Below, piece by piece: positions 1 through 9,229 of a DNA stretch of 20,000 bases. The first letter of the stretch is position 1. The number at the start of each line of letters is the position of its first letter. The notes below the pieces were generated by a model. The model was given only the letters and a program-made list of their open reading frames with translations, had not been told where the DNA came from and made no database searches. A program made the position numbers and the translations under genes. Location: IMG/VR virus record IMGVR_UViG_3300008259_000056. One strand, 5' to 3'. Source of the stretch: an uncultured virus (IMG/VR IMGVR_UViG_3300008259_000056) (lineage: Duplodnaviria; Heunggongvirae; Uroviricota; Caudoviricetes).

Positions 1-1
1 G

Positions 2-2350
2 TCACCAACAACATTTACAGTTGCCCCTGTTAAGGGTTGGATTGTTGATGATACGACAAATCCATTAAGTCCCCAACTATATTATATTTATTATAGTGGT
101 GGAACTCATACCGCAACATATGTAACTACCGCAACTGAAACTTGGGTTTACTTAACAAGTGGTGGGACTATTAGTCAATCAAATATAGAGTTAACTGAAG
201 AACAGAGAAGACAAAATATATTTTTAGGTAAATTAGGTCATGCTAATAAAACAAATATTATTAACGCTTTTAGTCAACCTGATTTTGTGTTATCACCATT
301 ATCCCAACTTAGGGATATGTTTACACCTATAAATCTTATAAATGGGGGGATATACGCATCACCTAATGGTGTTAATTTAAGTTTTAATACAAGTGCTGGT
401 TATCTATATGGTTTAGGTATTAATTTCGCAAATGACACATTAAGTCCTAACTCTATTTATGTATCAGGAACTAATCCTTGTACTTTCCAATATAGAACAC
501 AAACAGGTGGTACTGCATCAAATACTACATTTATTGACCCAACAAATTATGATGTTGGTGGTGCTGTTACACCAATTTCGGGTACAAAGGCAACCAACCA
601 AAGAATTTATTTGGTTCAGAACGGTATATTTAGGGTTCAATATGGTCAAACAGAATATCAACAGTTAACTGCAGCAATTGAAGGTATTGCAACAGAACAA
701 TTTAACACATTTAGTAATTTTACAAATAATGGAATTTTAATAGGTATATTATCTGTTTTAAGCACTGCGACTGATTTAAGTGATACGTCTAAAGCCCGAT
801 TCTTTTTCGCCTCAAAATTTGGTGAGACAGTTGGGTCCGCTGGTGGTGTGTCAACAACCAATTTACAACAAGCTTATAATAATTCAGTAACACCTGAGAT
901 AACAACTAACTCAACGTTAGGACCTGTATCAATCAAGAATGGTTCGGGAACTGCCGATAACGTTACAAGTTTATTTGAGACGTTAAATTCAGGTGGAACT
1001 GTAACAATGTTTGTTAGGGCTGATGGTTCTATCAGTGCAAATACTATTACTGCAACCACGGTATCAGCAACAACGTACCAAAATTTACCTATTGACCCTG
1101 ACACATATGTTACAGGTTTTACTTACAATGATAATGAATTTGTGATAAAACAGAATAATGGCCAACCTGATTTAACTGTGGTAATTAATTCTGTTACAGG
1201 TTGGACTGTTAATGGTGATTTGAATGTTACAGGTAACACAACTTTAGATGGATTAACCGCAACCACGGTATCAGCAACAACGTACCAAAATTTACCTATT
1301 GACCCCGATACTTATGTAACCGCATTTACTTATAATGACAATGTTTTCACAATTAGTCAAAATAATGGTCAACCTGATTTAACCGCACTTATTAATACAG
1401 TGACAGGATGGACTGTTAATGGTGAATTAACCGTAACGGGAAATACAAGTTTACAAGCATTTACTGGAACATCAGGAACCATTAATGGTGATTTAACGGT
1501 TACAGGAAACACAACAGTTAGAGGAAATTTAGTCGTTAGTGGTAATACTGGTGTCAATTGGTTTAGCTCCAACACATCCTCAGACTTAGTTAGGATTACA
1601 CAAACAGGTTCAGGTAATGCCTTTGTTGTTGAAGATTTGACAAATCCAGATTCTACGCCATTTGTAATTGACAGTTCAGGTAATGTTGCGATTGGTAAAA
1701 CAAGTGTAACTAGTGGAACTTTGGTGGATTTAGAAGTTGCTGGAAAAACAATAGGAATAAATATCGGTAATTCAAATACCAGTTTTATGGCGGGAACAGG
1801 TATTTTTTCTTATGGTAATGGAATTGGAATTAATGGTGTAGGTAGAGATGATTTTGGAACTGTTGTTGGTATTAAAGGTGAATCCGTATTTGATATTTCC
1901 GCTGACCCATCAGCCACATATTATGGTGGTGAATTTATATCATCAGGTCAAGGAGGTAGAGATTATGCTGTTAGATTGTCAGATGGGACAGAGGGTGTTG
2001 GTAAGTTTTTATATTCTGTTGATGCTAATGGTTCGGCGAATTGGACAAGTCAATTAAGCGGGACATCGGCAACAATAAATGGTCCTTTAACCGTAACAGG
2101 AAATACTACATTACGAGCAACAACTGCTAGCACATTAAATGTTACGGGTAATACAATCGTTGATGGTACGATAAGTGGTGGAACTATGGTAATCACGACA
2201 ACACCAACAAATGAAAATACTAACACTCAAATTTTATCTAGAAACCCAACAACAGGAGCCATTGAATATGTTGATGCTTCAAGCACACCAATAGGTACTT
2301 ATAATTATGGGATATCATATACTATGTTCACAGGTAATTATATGGTATAA
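2..2350 (+). CDS. Tail fibre / structural protein, 5'-truncated by the window edge
   Basis: Frame 2 is open from position 2 to TAA at 2350, so the listed GTG at 287 is internal. The protein is T/N/G/S-rich, with repeated NG(D/E/P)L(T/N)VTGNT motifs, a 69-aa internal duplication and a PFVIDSSGNVAIG segment typical of phage fibre shafts. Confidence 0.75.
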   Translation, partial: SPTTFTVAPVKGWIVDDTTNPLSPQLYYIYYSGGTHTATYVTTATETWVYLTSGGTISQSNIELTEEQRRQNIFLGKLGHANKTNIINAFSQPDFVLSPLSQLRDMFTPINLINGGIYASPNGVNLSFNTSAGYLYGLGINFANDTLSPNSIYVSGTNPCTFQYRTQTGGTASNTTFIDPTNYDVGGAVTPISGTKATNQRIYLVQNGIFRVQYGQTEYQQLTAAIEGIATEQFNTFSNFTNNGILIGILSVLSTATDLSDTSKARFFFASKFGETVGSAGGVSTTNLQQAYNNSVTPEITTNSTLGPVSIKNGSGTADNVTSLFETLNSGGTVTMFVRADGSISANTITATTVSATTYQNLPIDPDTYVTGFTYNDNEFVIKQNNGQPDLTVVINSVTGWTVNGDLNVTGNTTLDGLTATTVSATTYQNLPIDPDTYVTAFTYNDNVFTISQNNGQPDLTALINTVTGWTVNGELTVTGNTSLQAFTGTSGTINGDLTVTGNTTVRGNLVVSGNTGVNWFSSNTSSDLVRITQTGSGNAFVVEDLTNPDSTPFVIDSSGNVAIGKTSVTSGTLVDLEVAGKTIGINIGNSNTSFMAGTGIFSYGNGIGINGVGRDDFGTVVGIKGESVFDISADPSATYYGGEFISSGQGGRDYAVRLSDGTEGVGKFLYSVDANGSANWTSQLSGTSATINGPLTVTGNTTLRATTASTLNVTGNTIVDGTISGGTMVITTTPTNENTNTQILSRNPTTGAIEYVDASSTPIGTYNYGISYTMFTGNYMV
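1052..1465 (+). repeat. Intragenic tandem duplication, period 207 nt (69 aa)
   Basis: The 47-nt block GCAACCACGGTATCAGCAACAACGTACCAAAATTTACCTATTGACCC is identical at 1052-1098 and 1259-1305. The rest of each unit is similar at protein level (FTYNDN.F.I.QNNGQPDLT..IN.VTGWTVNG.L.VTGNT). Confidence 0.9.
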
Positions 2351-2377
2351 ATAATAAATAAAAATTAAAAATTAAAT

Positions 2378-2797
2378 ATGGGAACATCATTAAATACACA
2401 ACCAATTTTTACCGCATCAGCGGATACCCAATGGTCGGTTTCTGCGGTTACGGCAAATACAACTAAAGATTTAACATCAGGGACGATATCATTAGTTTTT
2501 ACCGCAGGGTCTAATGGGGGGTATGTTCAAAGACTGAGATTTAGGGCTTTAGGTACAAATGTAGCAACAGTTGCAAGAGTTTTTATAAATAATGGCGCAA
2601 CAACCGCAACTGCATCAAATAATGCATTGTGGGATGAAATTTCATTAGCCGCAACAACATTGTCTGAAACATCTGCACTCTCAACATACGAAATACCGTT
2701 GAACTTTGCATTACCTGCGGGATATAGACTGTATGTAACACTTGGAACTGCGGTGGCAGCTGGTTACACGATAACTTGTATTGGTGGTAAATATTAA
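2378..2797 (+). CDS. Small beta-rich tail/virion-associated protein (139 aa)
   Basis: Clean ORF with an A-rich leader and A/T/S/G-rich beta-strand composition. It lies between the fibre and the Gly-rich genes. Confidence 0.6.
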   Translation: MGTSLNTQPIFTASADTQWSVSAVTANTTKDLTSGTISLVFTAGSNGGYVQRLRFRALGTNVATVARVFINNGATTATASNNALWDEISLAATTLSETSALSTYEIPLNFALPAGYRLYVTLGTAVAAGYTITCIGGKY

Positions 2798-2802
2798 AAA
2801 AT

Positions 2803-2976
2803 ATGGAGTATTATTTATGTGAATTTGAATATGGTTATGAGGGTCAATTCTATCAAGTTGTTGACAATGGTAACGTTATAGATTATGTTGATTTAAATAA
2901 TAATCAATTAATACTTGAAGGTTCTTATGGGTATAATATAATTAATACCGAGACTGTAATTCCTTCTTGGGTTTAA
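2803..2976 (+). CDS. Unlisted 57-aa acidic/aromatic protein (MEYYLCEFEYGYEGQFYQVVDNG...TVIPSWV), possibly a fibre accessory factor
   Basis: Translated by hand from ATG 2803 to TAA 2976. It fills the gap between its neighbours (5 nt and 12 nt spacers) and is below the ORF-track length cutoff. Confidence 0.75.
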   Translation: MEYYLCEFEYGYEGQFYQVVDNGNVIDYVDLNNNQLILEGSYGYNIINTETVIPSWV

Positions 2977-2988
2977 AATTAAATAAAA

Positions 2989-3909
2989 ATGATTGATACG
3001 TTTCATTTATCAAATAGTGATTTAAATAATCAAGTCTTCTACACCAATGGAGGAAGTAATTCTTGGCAAATTTGGCAGAAACCAAGTAATGCTAAAATGG
3101 TTAGTTTTTTAGTTATTGGTGGTGGTGGAGGAGGTGGTTCAGGCCAATCAGGAACTGGTTCTACAACACGTAGAAGTGGTGGTGGTGGTGGTTCATCTTC
3201 AGTTACTTTAGGTATGTTTTCGGCATCACAGATACCTGATACTTTATTTATTCAGGTTGGTCCTGGAGGTATTCCAGGTTCAGGAACTACAGGGAGTAAT
3301 GGTGGTTCTGGCGGTCTTTCATATGTGTCAGTACAACCAAATACTACCGCAATAAATATATTATTACAAAGTGGGGCGGCCGCTGCTGGTGGTGGAAACT
3401 CAGGAACAAATGCGGGAACTGCTGGCTCAGCGGGAACATCTTGGGCTGGAAGTGTTTTGAGTGATTTAGGTTTAGTCACATCAATTGGTGGCCAATCAGG
3501 AGGTGCAGGAACAACGACTACGGCCCCAACAAATATTTCTATAGCGGGTATAACTACGGGTGGGGCTGCTGGTGGAGGAACAAACTTAGGTTCAGTCTTT
3601 AACGGTGCAGATATTAATGGCTCAGGATTTTGTCCAACAATCTCAGGTGGCACAGGAAACGTCAATTTAAATGGAACTGATGGGTCAGGTGGTTTTATAT
3701 CGTTAAATCCATCAATAAACGGAATAACATCATTACCATTATTTTTTACAGGAGGTGCAGGCGGTGGTGCATCAAACAATAACACAGGAGGGTCAGGTGG
3801 TGCTGGTGGATACGGCTCAGGTGGCGGAGGTGGTGGTGTTGGTGTAACCAATAACTCAGGCCCTGGAGGTCGTGGTGGTGATGGTATTGTGATAGTAACT
3901 TGTTATTAA
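2989..3909 (+). CDS. Glycine-rich domain protein (putative adhesin/tail-tip protein), paralog 1
   Basis: WQIWQKPS, VIGGGGGGGSG, many poly-Gly runs and a C-terminal GGRGGDGIVIVTCY match the pattern of phage Gly-rich (polyglycine-II type) domains. Confidence 0.75.
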   Translation: MIDTFHLSNSDLNNQVFYTNGGSNSWQIWQKPSNAKMVSFLVIGGGGGGGSGQSGTGSTTRRSGGGGGSSSVTLGMFSASQIPDTLFIQVGPGGIPGSGTTGSNGGSGGLSYVSVQPNTTAINILLQSGAAAAGGGNSGTNAGTAGSAGTSWAGSVLSDLGLVTSIGGQSGGAGTTTTAPTNISIAGITTGGAAGGGTNLGSVFNGADINGSGFCPTISGGTGNVNLNGTDGSGGFISLNPSINGITSLPLFFTGGAGGGASNNNTGGSGGAGGYGSGGGGGGVGVTNNSGPGGRGGDGIVIVTCY

Positions 3910-3913
3910 TTAT

Positions 3914-4858
3914 ATGGATATATTAAATTTACCAAATAAATCACTTTACCACAAAGTGTTTTACGCAACTACAAGTACTAATTGGCAAACTTGGACAAAA
4001 CCATCTAACATTAATTTTGTTTATATGTATGTTATTGGTGCTGGCGGTGCTGGTGGTGGAGGTAGAACAGGTGGTAACAACTCAGGAGGAGGAGGTGGTG
4101 GTGGTGCATCATCATCTATTACCGTGGCTTTATACCCCGCATTTTTATTACCCGATACATTATATATTAGTGTTGGGATAGGTTCTAATGGGGCCGCAGC
4201 GGGTACTGGGGCGGCATCGGGTGTATTATCTTATGTATCAATCAGGTCTAGTACATCACCAATATTTATTGTTGCTCAAAGTGGAGACGCCGCTGCGGGT
4301 GGTGGTGGTGGAGGTACCAACTCAGTTTCAGGTTCAGGAGTTGGTGGAACTGCTGGAACTAGATGGACATACACTAATTACCCTTTGGCGAATATGGGTA
4401 TGATTACCTCTGTAAATGGACAAGGAGGTGGTGCTGGTGGTGCTAATACACCAACAGATGGAACGAGCATTACACCATCATTACCTGTTACAGGTGGTGC
4501 TGGTGGAGGTGGTGTTAGTATATCAGGTGCCAACACAAGAGCAGGTGGTGACATTATAGGTAGTGGTTTTTTACCTAGTATTTTAGGTGGTAATGCTGAT
4601 GGGTCAACAGCTGCACTTATTGGAGGTAAGAGTGGGTTTAATGGGATTAACCCAACAACAGAATCTTACTTAAACTTACCTATGGTATATACGGGTGGTT
4701 CAGGTGGTGGTTCTAAAGGTGTTAGTGCAGCGGTCGGAGGTATTGGTGGACGAGGTTCTTATGGTTCAGGTGGTGGTGGAGGTGGTGCTTCATATGCATC
4801 AACAGGAGGAAGTGGTGGACGAGGTGGTGACGGTCTTGTTCTGATTTCTTGTTGGTAA
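3914..4858 (+). CDS. Glycine-rich domain protein (putative adhesin/tail-tip protein), paralog 2
   Basis: Collinear with 2989-3909: WQTWTKPS, VIGAGGAGGGG, PDTLYISVG, LSYVS, QSGDAAAGGG, YGSGGGGGG, GGRGGDGLVLISCW. Confidence 0.75.
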   Translation: MDILNLPNKSLYHKVFYATTSTNWQTWTKPSNINFVYMYVIGAGGAGGGGRTGGNNSGGGGGGGASSSITVALYPAFLLPDTLYISVGIGSNGAAAGTGAASGVLSYVSIRSSTSPIFIVAQSGDAAAGGGGGGTNSVSGSGVGGTAGTRWTYTNYPLANMGMITSVNGQGGGAGGANTPTDGTSITPSLPVTGGAGGGGVSISGANTRAGGDIIGSGFLPSILGGNADGSTAALIGGKSGFNGINPTTESYLNLPMVYTGGSGGGSKGVSAAVGGIGGRGSYGSGGGGGGASYASTGGSGGRGGDGLVLISCW

Positions 4859-4865
4859 AATCTAT

Positions 4866-4896
4866 TTGATTTATTGGTTTATAATTATTATTCTTT
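4866..4896 (+). promoter_or_regulatory. Candidate host-RNAP (early-type) promoter
   Basis: TTGATT (4866-4871), 17-nt spacer, TATTCT (4889-4894), lying just upstream of ATG 4910. Confidence 0.45.
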
Positions 4897-4909
4897 AAAA
4901 AAAAGAGTA

Positions 4910-5107
4910 ATGAAATTAAAAGAACTTAAAGAATGGTTAAATTCTCTACCCGAAGAATTTGATGATTATTCTTGCGTCAATGGGGAAGAGGGTATTATTA
5001 ACGAAGAATATAGATATAGGGTTGATAAAGCGATAGTTGCTGGCTTTGTTGATGAGGAAAACAAAGAAGTAGTATTGTGTCATCAAGAAGAAATCAATTT
5101 AAATTAA
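4910..5107 (+). CDS. Hypothetical protein, 65 aa (MKLKELKEWLNSLPEEFDD...)
   Basis: ATG 4910 is preferred over TTG 4874, which lies in the promoter region. The MKLKELKExLxxLPxE opening is common among small phage proteins. Confidence 0.7.
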   Translation: MKLKELKEWLNSLPEEFDDYSCVNGEEGIINEEYRYRVDKAIVAGFVDEENKEVVLCHQEEINLN

Positions 5108-5108
5108 A

Positions 5109-5630
5109 ATGAAATATTATAAAATTATAATTGGAGGCAGAGGGTCCGAAATATACCCCTTCAAAATCAACGAAGAACAGTTTGATACTTTCTATAACGA
5201 AGATGTTGAAGGTGATAATATGGAATATGACGATATATGTCAAATACTTGAAGTTGAATCTTTTTTTGATAGTCCTGAAGAAACAATTATGGGTGTTTAT
5301 CCTGACGCATTATATTTTAGAGTGGAGAATGAAGATGGTGAAATAATCTATGAAACAGAAAAGGTTGACTATGATAACATAGAATTCCAAGACAAATATT
5401 GTGATGAAGGTTTGTATTTGTTTATTGAGGATTATTGTAAGGGTGAACATGTAATTTATGATATACCATTAGAGGGCGAATTTAATCCTGAACTACTTAA
5501 ATTATCTCTAACAAACATTGGCGATATGATTGAATTAGTCACGGGAATTACTTATAATGGTGATGACCATAACATTTATAAAGGTTATGGTGATACATCA
5601 AGTAAAGGTTATCATTACCATTTAAAATAA
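5109..5630 (+). CDS. Acidic hypothetical protein
   Basis: 173-aa ORF tightly packed between neighbours. No recognised motif. Confidence 0.7.
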   Translation: MKYYKIIIGGRGSEIYPFKINEEQFDTFYNEDVEGDNMEYDDICQILEVESFFDSPEETIMGVYPDALYFRVENEDGEIIYETEKVDYDNIEFQDKYCDEGLYLFIEDYCKGEHVIYDIPLEGEFNPELLKLSLTNIGDMIELVTGITYNGDDHNIYKGYGDTSSKGYHYHLK

Positions 5631-5637
5631 AGTTAAT

Positions 5638-6504
5638 ATGATAGAAAATTATTTAGGAAAAATCACCAATGGTGATTGTGTTAAAGTGATGTCGGAAATG
5701 CCGATTGATTCGGTTGATTTAATTGTTACATCACCACCTTATGGAGTCGGGATTGCCTATGACGTACACGACGATGATGTATATTTTGATGAGTATCTTA
5801 AATTTACCAAAGAGTGGTTGACTGAAGCTTACCAAATATTAAAAGATGATGGTAGGATTGCGTTAAACATTCCTTATGAAATTAATAGACAAGACAAAGG
5901 AGGTAGAATATTTTTTGTATCCGAAGTATACCAAGTAATGAAACGAATTGGTTTTAAGTTCTTTGGTATTGTTGACCTTGAAGAAGATTCACCTCATCGT
6001 AGTAAAACAACTGCTTGGGGTTCATGGATGAGTCCGAGTTCGCCGTACATATATAACCCGAAGGAATGTGTGATTTTAGCGTACAAAAACAAACACATTA
6101 AGAAAGTTAAGGGTGAACCACAATGGAAGGGTGAAACCGTAGAGATTGAACAAGAAGACGGAACATTCAAAAAGAAAGTGGTATACGATGAAATGGATAA
6201 GAAAGAGTTTATGGAATTGGTGTTCGGTCAGTGGAAGTATTTTGCGGACACTAAATCATTAACTAAAGCAACATTCTCAATGGATATCCCAACGAAAGCC
6301 ATAAAAATATTATCATATAAGAATGATGTAATATTAGACCCATTCGCGGGTTCAGGAACAAGTTTGGTTGCTGCTGAGATATTAGATAGAAGATGGATAG
6401 GTATTGAATTATCACCTAACTATCAACAAATTGCAACAGAACGAGTCCAAGCATTTGTTGAACAAAAAAGACAACAACAATTAGAATTTGAGAATCCCCA
6501 ATAA
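5638..6504 (+). CDS. Site-specific DNA methyltransferase, N4-C/N6-A family, beta motif order
   Basis: Catalytic motif IV (VDLIVTSPPY) precedes SAM-binding motif I (ILDPFAGSGT), followed by WIGIEL. No adjacent restriction endonuclease is evident. Confidence 0.93.
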   Translation: MIENYLGKITNGDCVKVMSEMPIDSVDLIVTSPPYGVGIAYDVHDDDVYFDEYLKFTKEWLTEAYQILKDDGRIALNIPYEINRQDKGGRIFFVSEVYQVMKRIGFKFFGIVDLEEDSPHRSKTTAWGSWMSPSSPYIYNPKECVILAYKNKHIKKVKGEPQWKGETVEIEQEDGTFKKKVVYDEMDKKEFMELVFGQWKYFADTKSLTKATFSMDIPTKAIKILSYKNDVILDPFAGSGTSLVAAEILDRRWIGIELSPNYQQIATERVQAFVEQKRQQQLEFENPQ

Positions 6505-6519
6505 AAGTTGGGGTTTTTT
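6496..6519 (+). terminator. Intrinsic terminator
   Basis: CCCCAA-taaaag-TTGGGG followed by T6, overlapping the methyltransferase stop codon. Confidence 0.75.
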
Positions 6520-6529
6520 GTTTATTCTA

Positions 6530-6537
6530 ATATTTAT
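6530..6537 (+). promoter_or_regulatory. ATATTTAT motif (candidate phage late promoter)
   Basis: Lies 12 nt before ATG 6550 and right after a terminator. The motif recurs before seven other starts. Confidence 0.55.
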
Positions 6538-6549
6538 AGAATAAATAAA

Positions 6550-7665
6550 ATGTCAATGAATGGTATAGTATTAACAGAGTCAGAACTTAAATCAAAGATG
6601 ACTCAAATATATAAGGAAGAGTTTTTCAACATCTTAGAAGAAAAGTGGTCAAAACTTAGTATTGATGATAAAACTTTTGTTGTTGAATTCCTAAAAGCAA
6701 CTTACCCTGAAAAAGCTAAATTAATTAATGAATCTAAATGGTATAATACTATTGGGGATATTGTTGGTATATTTGACCCAACAGGTGTTGTAGATTTAAT
6801 TAACGGTATTAGTTATTGGAGACAAGGTGATAAATTATTCGCTTTATTGTCATTTATATCTGTTTTACCTTATTTAGGTGATGTTTTAGCCAAACCTGTT
6901 GTAGGGGCGATTAAGATAGGTGGTGATAGTATGAAAGCGTTTAAAGCGGCAACTGTTGCTGGTGATGCGGTTAAGATGGCGTCTACCGCTGAAAAAATTG
7001 GTGGACCTGTTGCTAAGTTAGTAGAAACAGCTCCAAAATGGGCAACCAAGTTAATTGAAATATTAAGAGCGTCAGTGGGTAAAGTTCCTTATTTAGGTCC
7101 AAGATTAGTTAATTTGATTGAGGAGTTTATTAGATTATTCACAAAAGGTAGTAGATATATGAAGGCTGAGGGTGAAATACTTAAGTCAGGATTAAAAGGT
7201 GAAAAAGCATTATCTGCTGCTGAGAAAGAAGAGTTCGCCAAATTAATGGGACAACAAACAGGGTTCAGAGGTTTTAGAGATTACGGTCAAGGAAAAAATT
7301 ATTTAAAATATATTACATCAGATGCCTCTTTATGGCAAAAATTTACGGCAGGTGCCCCTAGATTGTTTGGCAATGCTGCAACAAGGTCATTAATGAGACG
7401 AACTAAATGGTATTTAGGTTTACTTGATAGTTTGGGTATTGGAAACTTTGTAGGACCTAATGAATTAATAAAACAAGTACCAAATCTTGATGATGAAATT
7501 GAGGATTACAATAAAACCGCTAAAGCTAAAAAATACTGGAATGAAGATTTTGGAGGTGATAGTGAAGTTGAAGACTCATCAATGAAAACTGACGATTCAT
7601 TAAAAGATAATAAATTTAAATTAGACCCAATAGGTAGTCTATTGTCATCAATTTTTGCTAAGTAA
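6550..7665 (+). CDS. Hypothetical protein with LTESELK leader and a pre-toxin-TG-like hydrophobic segment; possible virion-internal protein
   Basis: ATG 6550 (or 6556) is preferred because TTG 6508 lies in the terminator stem. Contains DIVGIFDPTGVVDLINGISYWRQGDKLFALLSFISVLPYLGD followed by an Ala/Lys/Gly-rich helix region. Confidence 0.6.
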   Translation: MSMNGIVLTESELKSKMTQIYKEEFFNILEEKWSKLSIDDKTFVVEFLKATYPEKAKLINESKWYNTIGDIVGIFDPTGVVDLINGISYWRQGDKLFALLSFISVLPYLGDVLAKPVVGAIKIGGDSMKAFKAATVAGDAVKMASTAEKIGGPVAKLVETAPKWATKLIEILRASVGKVPYLGPRLVNLIEEFIRLFTKGSRYMKAEGEILKSGLKGEKALSAAEKEEFAKLMGQQTGFRGFRDYGQGKNYLKYITSDASLWQKFTAGAPRLFGNAATRSLMRRTKWYLGLLDSLGIGNFVGPNELIKQVPNLDDEIEDYNKTAKAKKYWNEDFGGDSEVEDSSMKTDDSLKDNKFKLDPIGSLLSSIFAK

Positions 7666-7666
7666 T

Positions 7667-9229
7667 ATGAAAAAAAAGGTAAGATTAACAGAATCAGAAT
7701 TAAAAACTGTCATCAAAAAAATTATTACTGAATCAGGTATTAGAGATATTACTAAATTTTTAGGTTCTGACAGTGATGATGAAATGGGTAATATTCATGA
7801 AAGATACAAGAAAGCAAAAATTTATTTTCATCAAGATTTGGATGGGGTAACAACGGCAATTGCAATGAAAAAGTATCTTGAGAATCAAGGTTTTGAAGTT
7901 GTTGATTGTGAAGTTATACAATATGGTGAAAAAGAATGGGCGATAAAGAAACCTGACGCTAAAGGTGAGGTTATGCCTGTGTTAGTGGACTTTGCTCACG
8001 GAAAACCAATGTTTAAAATACATACAGACCACCACGATAGCCAAGCGGGTGTTGAAAAAGGTACATCAACAAGTTTCAAACATTCAAGGTCAAATGTTGA
8101 GACGATATCACAAACGGTCTCTCCAAAAGAATTATTTTCAGATGTTGATTTATTTATAATCTCAACAGTAGACTCGGCTAATTACGCTATGAATAATATT
8201 ACTCCCAAGATGGTTATGAATTTCATATTTAGTTTTGATGAAAATAAAACTAGTAGAGAGAATATGGTTATGTTGGGACTTGTTACCAACAAACTATTAT
8301 TGGCTTATAAGAATTATCCTAAATTTATGGAGGATTTGGTTATGCGTTCTGAACCATCTATTAAAGGTATCTATAATCTTATTAAACAATTTGCAATAGA
8401 AAGGAATTATGCAGATATTGATACAATGATAAAAAACCAAGAAAAATATATTAAAGATAGAAAAGAAGGTACTGCGACTAATGCTGGTGTTCAGGTTATC
8501 GGTAATATTTTAACACAATTTGATTTAGGTCATATGAAGAAAGGTTCATATGATAGATATATCCCATTTGAATTATATCCTGATGCTGACTTTTTAGTTA
8601 CTGGTATGGCATCAGTCGGTATGGTCCAAGCATCTTGTAATCCATTTAAAAAAGAACGAGCTCTTAAAGGGATTGATTTAGGTAAAATCAAAGATGAAGT
8701 ATTAGAATTTTTTAAACCTGAGTTAGAACAACAAATATTACCATATTCGCTTATTAAAAAGATATCTGAAAGAAGTGCAACTGAAGATTCTGTTGGTTTC
8801 ACTAAAAGAGATATGGAAGCAATATATGGTGAAATGCCGTCTTATAACGGAAACTCAATTAATGGGTATGATTTTTTAGATGCTAATTCAGGTGGTCATA
8901 AATGTATAACAAATATTTCGGGTATTAATTTCATATATAGTAATTATGCTAAACCATATACTAAAGATTTACCTGAAGAATTATTACCAATTGCTAATTA
9001 CAAAGGTGATAATGATTTTGTTAAAGACATAAAAGGTAAACTTCTAAAATATAGAAAATTGTCACCTAAACAAGTTGAAGCGGCCATGAGACAAATTAAT
9101 AAAGAAAATGAAGGTTCTGAAGATGTGAAGGAAAGAACAACTAGAGATTTGATTATGGATATGAGAAATAAGTTTATTGAGATATTACAAAGAAAAATTG
9201 ACGAAGAGGGTGGTTTAGATGTGGACTAA
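7667..9229 (+). CDS. DHH-family phosphoesterase
   Basis: Motifs occur in canonical order: HQDLDG, LVDF, HTDHH, STVDS and a DHHA1-like SGGHK. ATG 7667 follows the upstream stop. N-terminus is MKKKVRLTESELK. Confidence 0.85.
   Translation: MKKKVRLTESELKTVIKKIITESGIRDITKFLGSDSDDEMGNIHERYKKAKIYFHQDLDGVTTAIAMKKYLENQGFEVVDCEVIQYGEKEWAIKKPDAKGEVMPVLVDFAHGKPMFKIHTDHHDSQAGVEKGTSTSFKHSRSNVETISQTVSPKELFSDVDLFIISTVDSANYAMNNITPKMVMNFIFSFDENKTSRENMVMLGLVTNKLLLAYKNYPKFMEDLVMRSEPSIKGIYNLIKQFAIERNYADIDTMIKNQEKYIKDRKEGTATNAGVQVIGNILTQFDLGHMKKGSYDRYIPFELYPDADFLVTGMASVGMVQASCNPFKKERALKGIDLGKIKDEVLEFFKPELEQQILPYSLIKKISERSATEDSVGFTKRDMEAIYGEMPSYNGNSINGYDFLDANSGGHKCITNISGINFIYSNYAKPYTKDLPEELLPIANYKGDNDFVKDIKGKLLKYRKLSPKQVEAAMRQINKENEGSEDVKERTTRDLIMDMRNKFIEILQRKIDEEGGLDVD

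Noticed and set aside
3252..3851. 199-aa Pro-rich minus-strand ORF
   Set aside because: It is the antisense shadow of GGN codons in the Gly-rich gene.
5638..6504. Restriction-modification system
   Set aside because: No recognisable restriction endonuclease is adjacent, and orphan methyltransferases are common in large phages.
6508..6549. Listed upstream starts at 287, 4874, 6508, 7655, 10754, 15777 and 16452
   Set aside because: They fall in terminators, promoter elements or upstream genes, or (287) are internal to a longer open frame. Alternative starts fit better.
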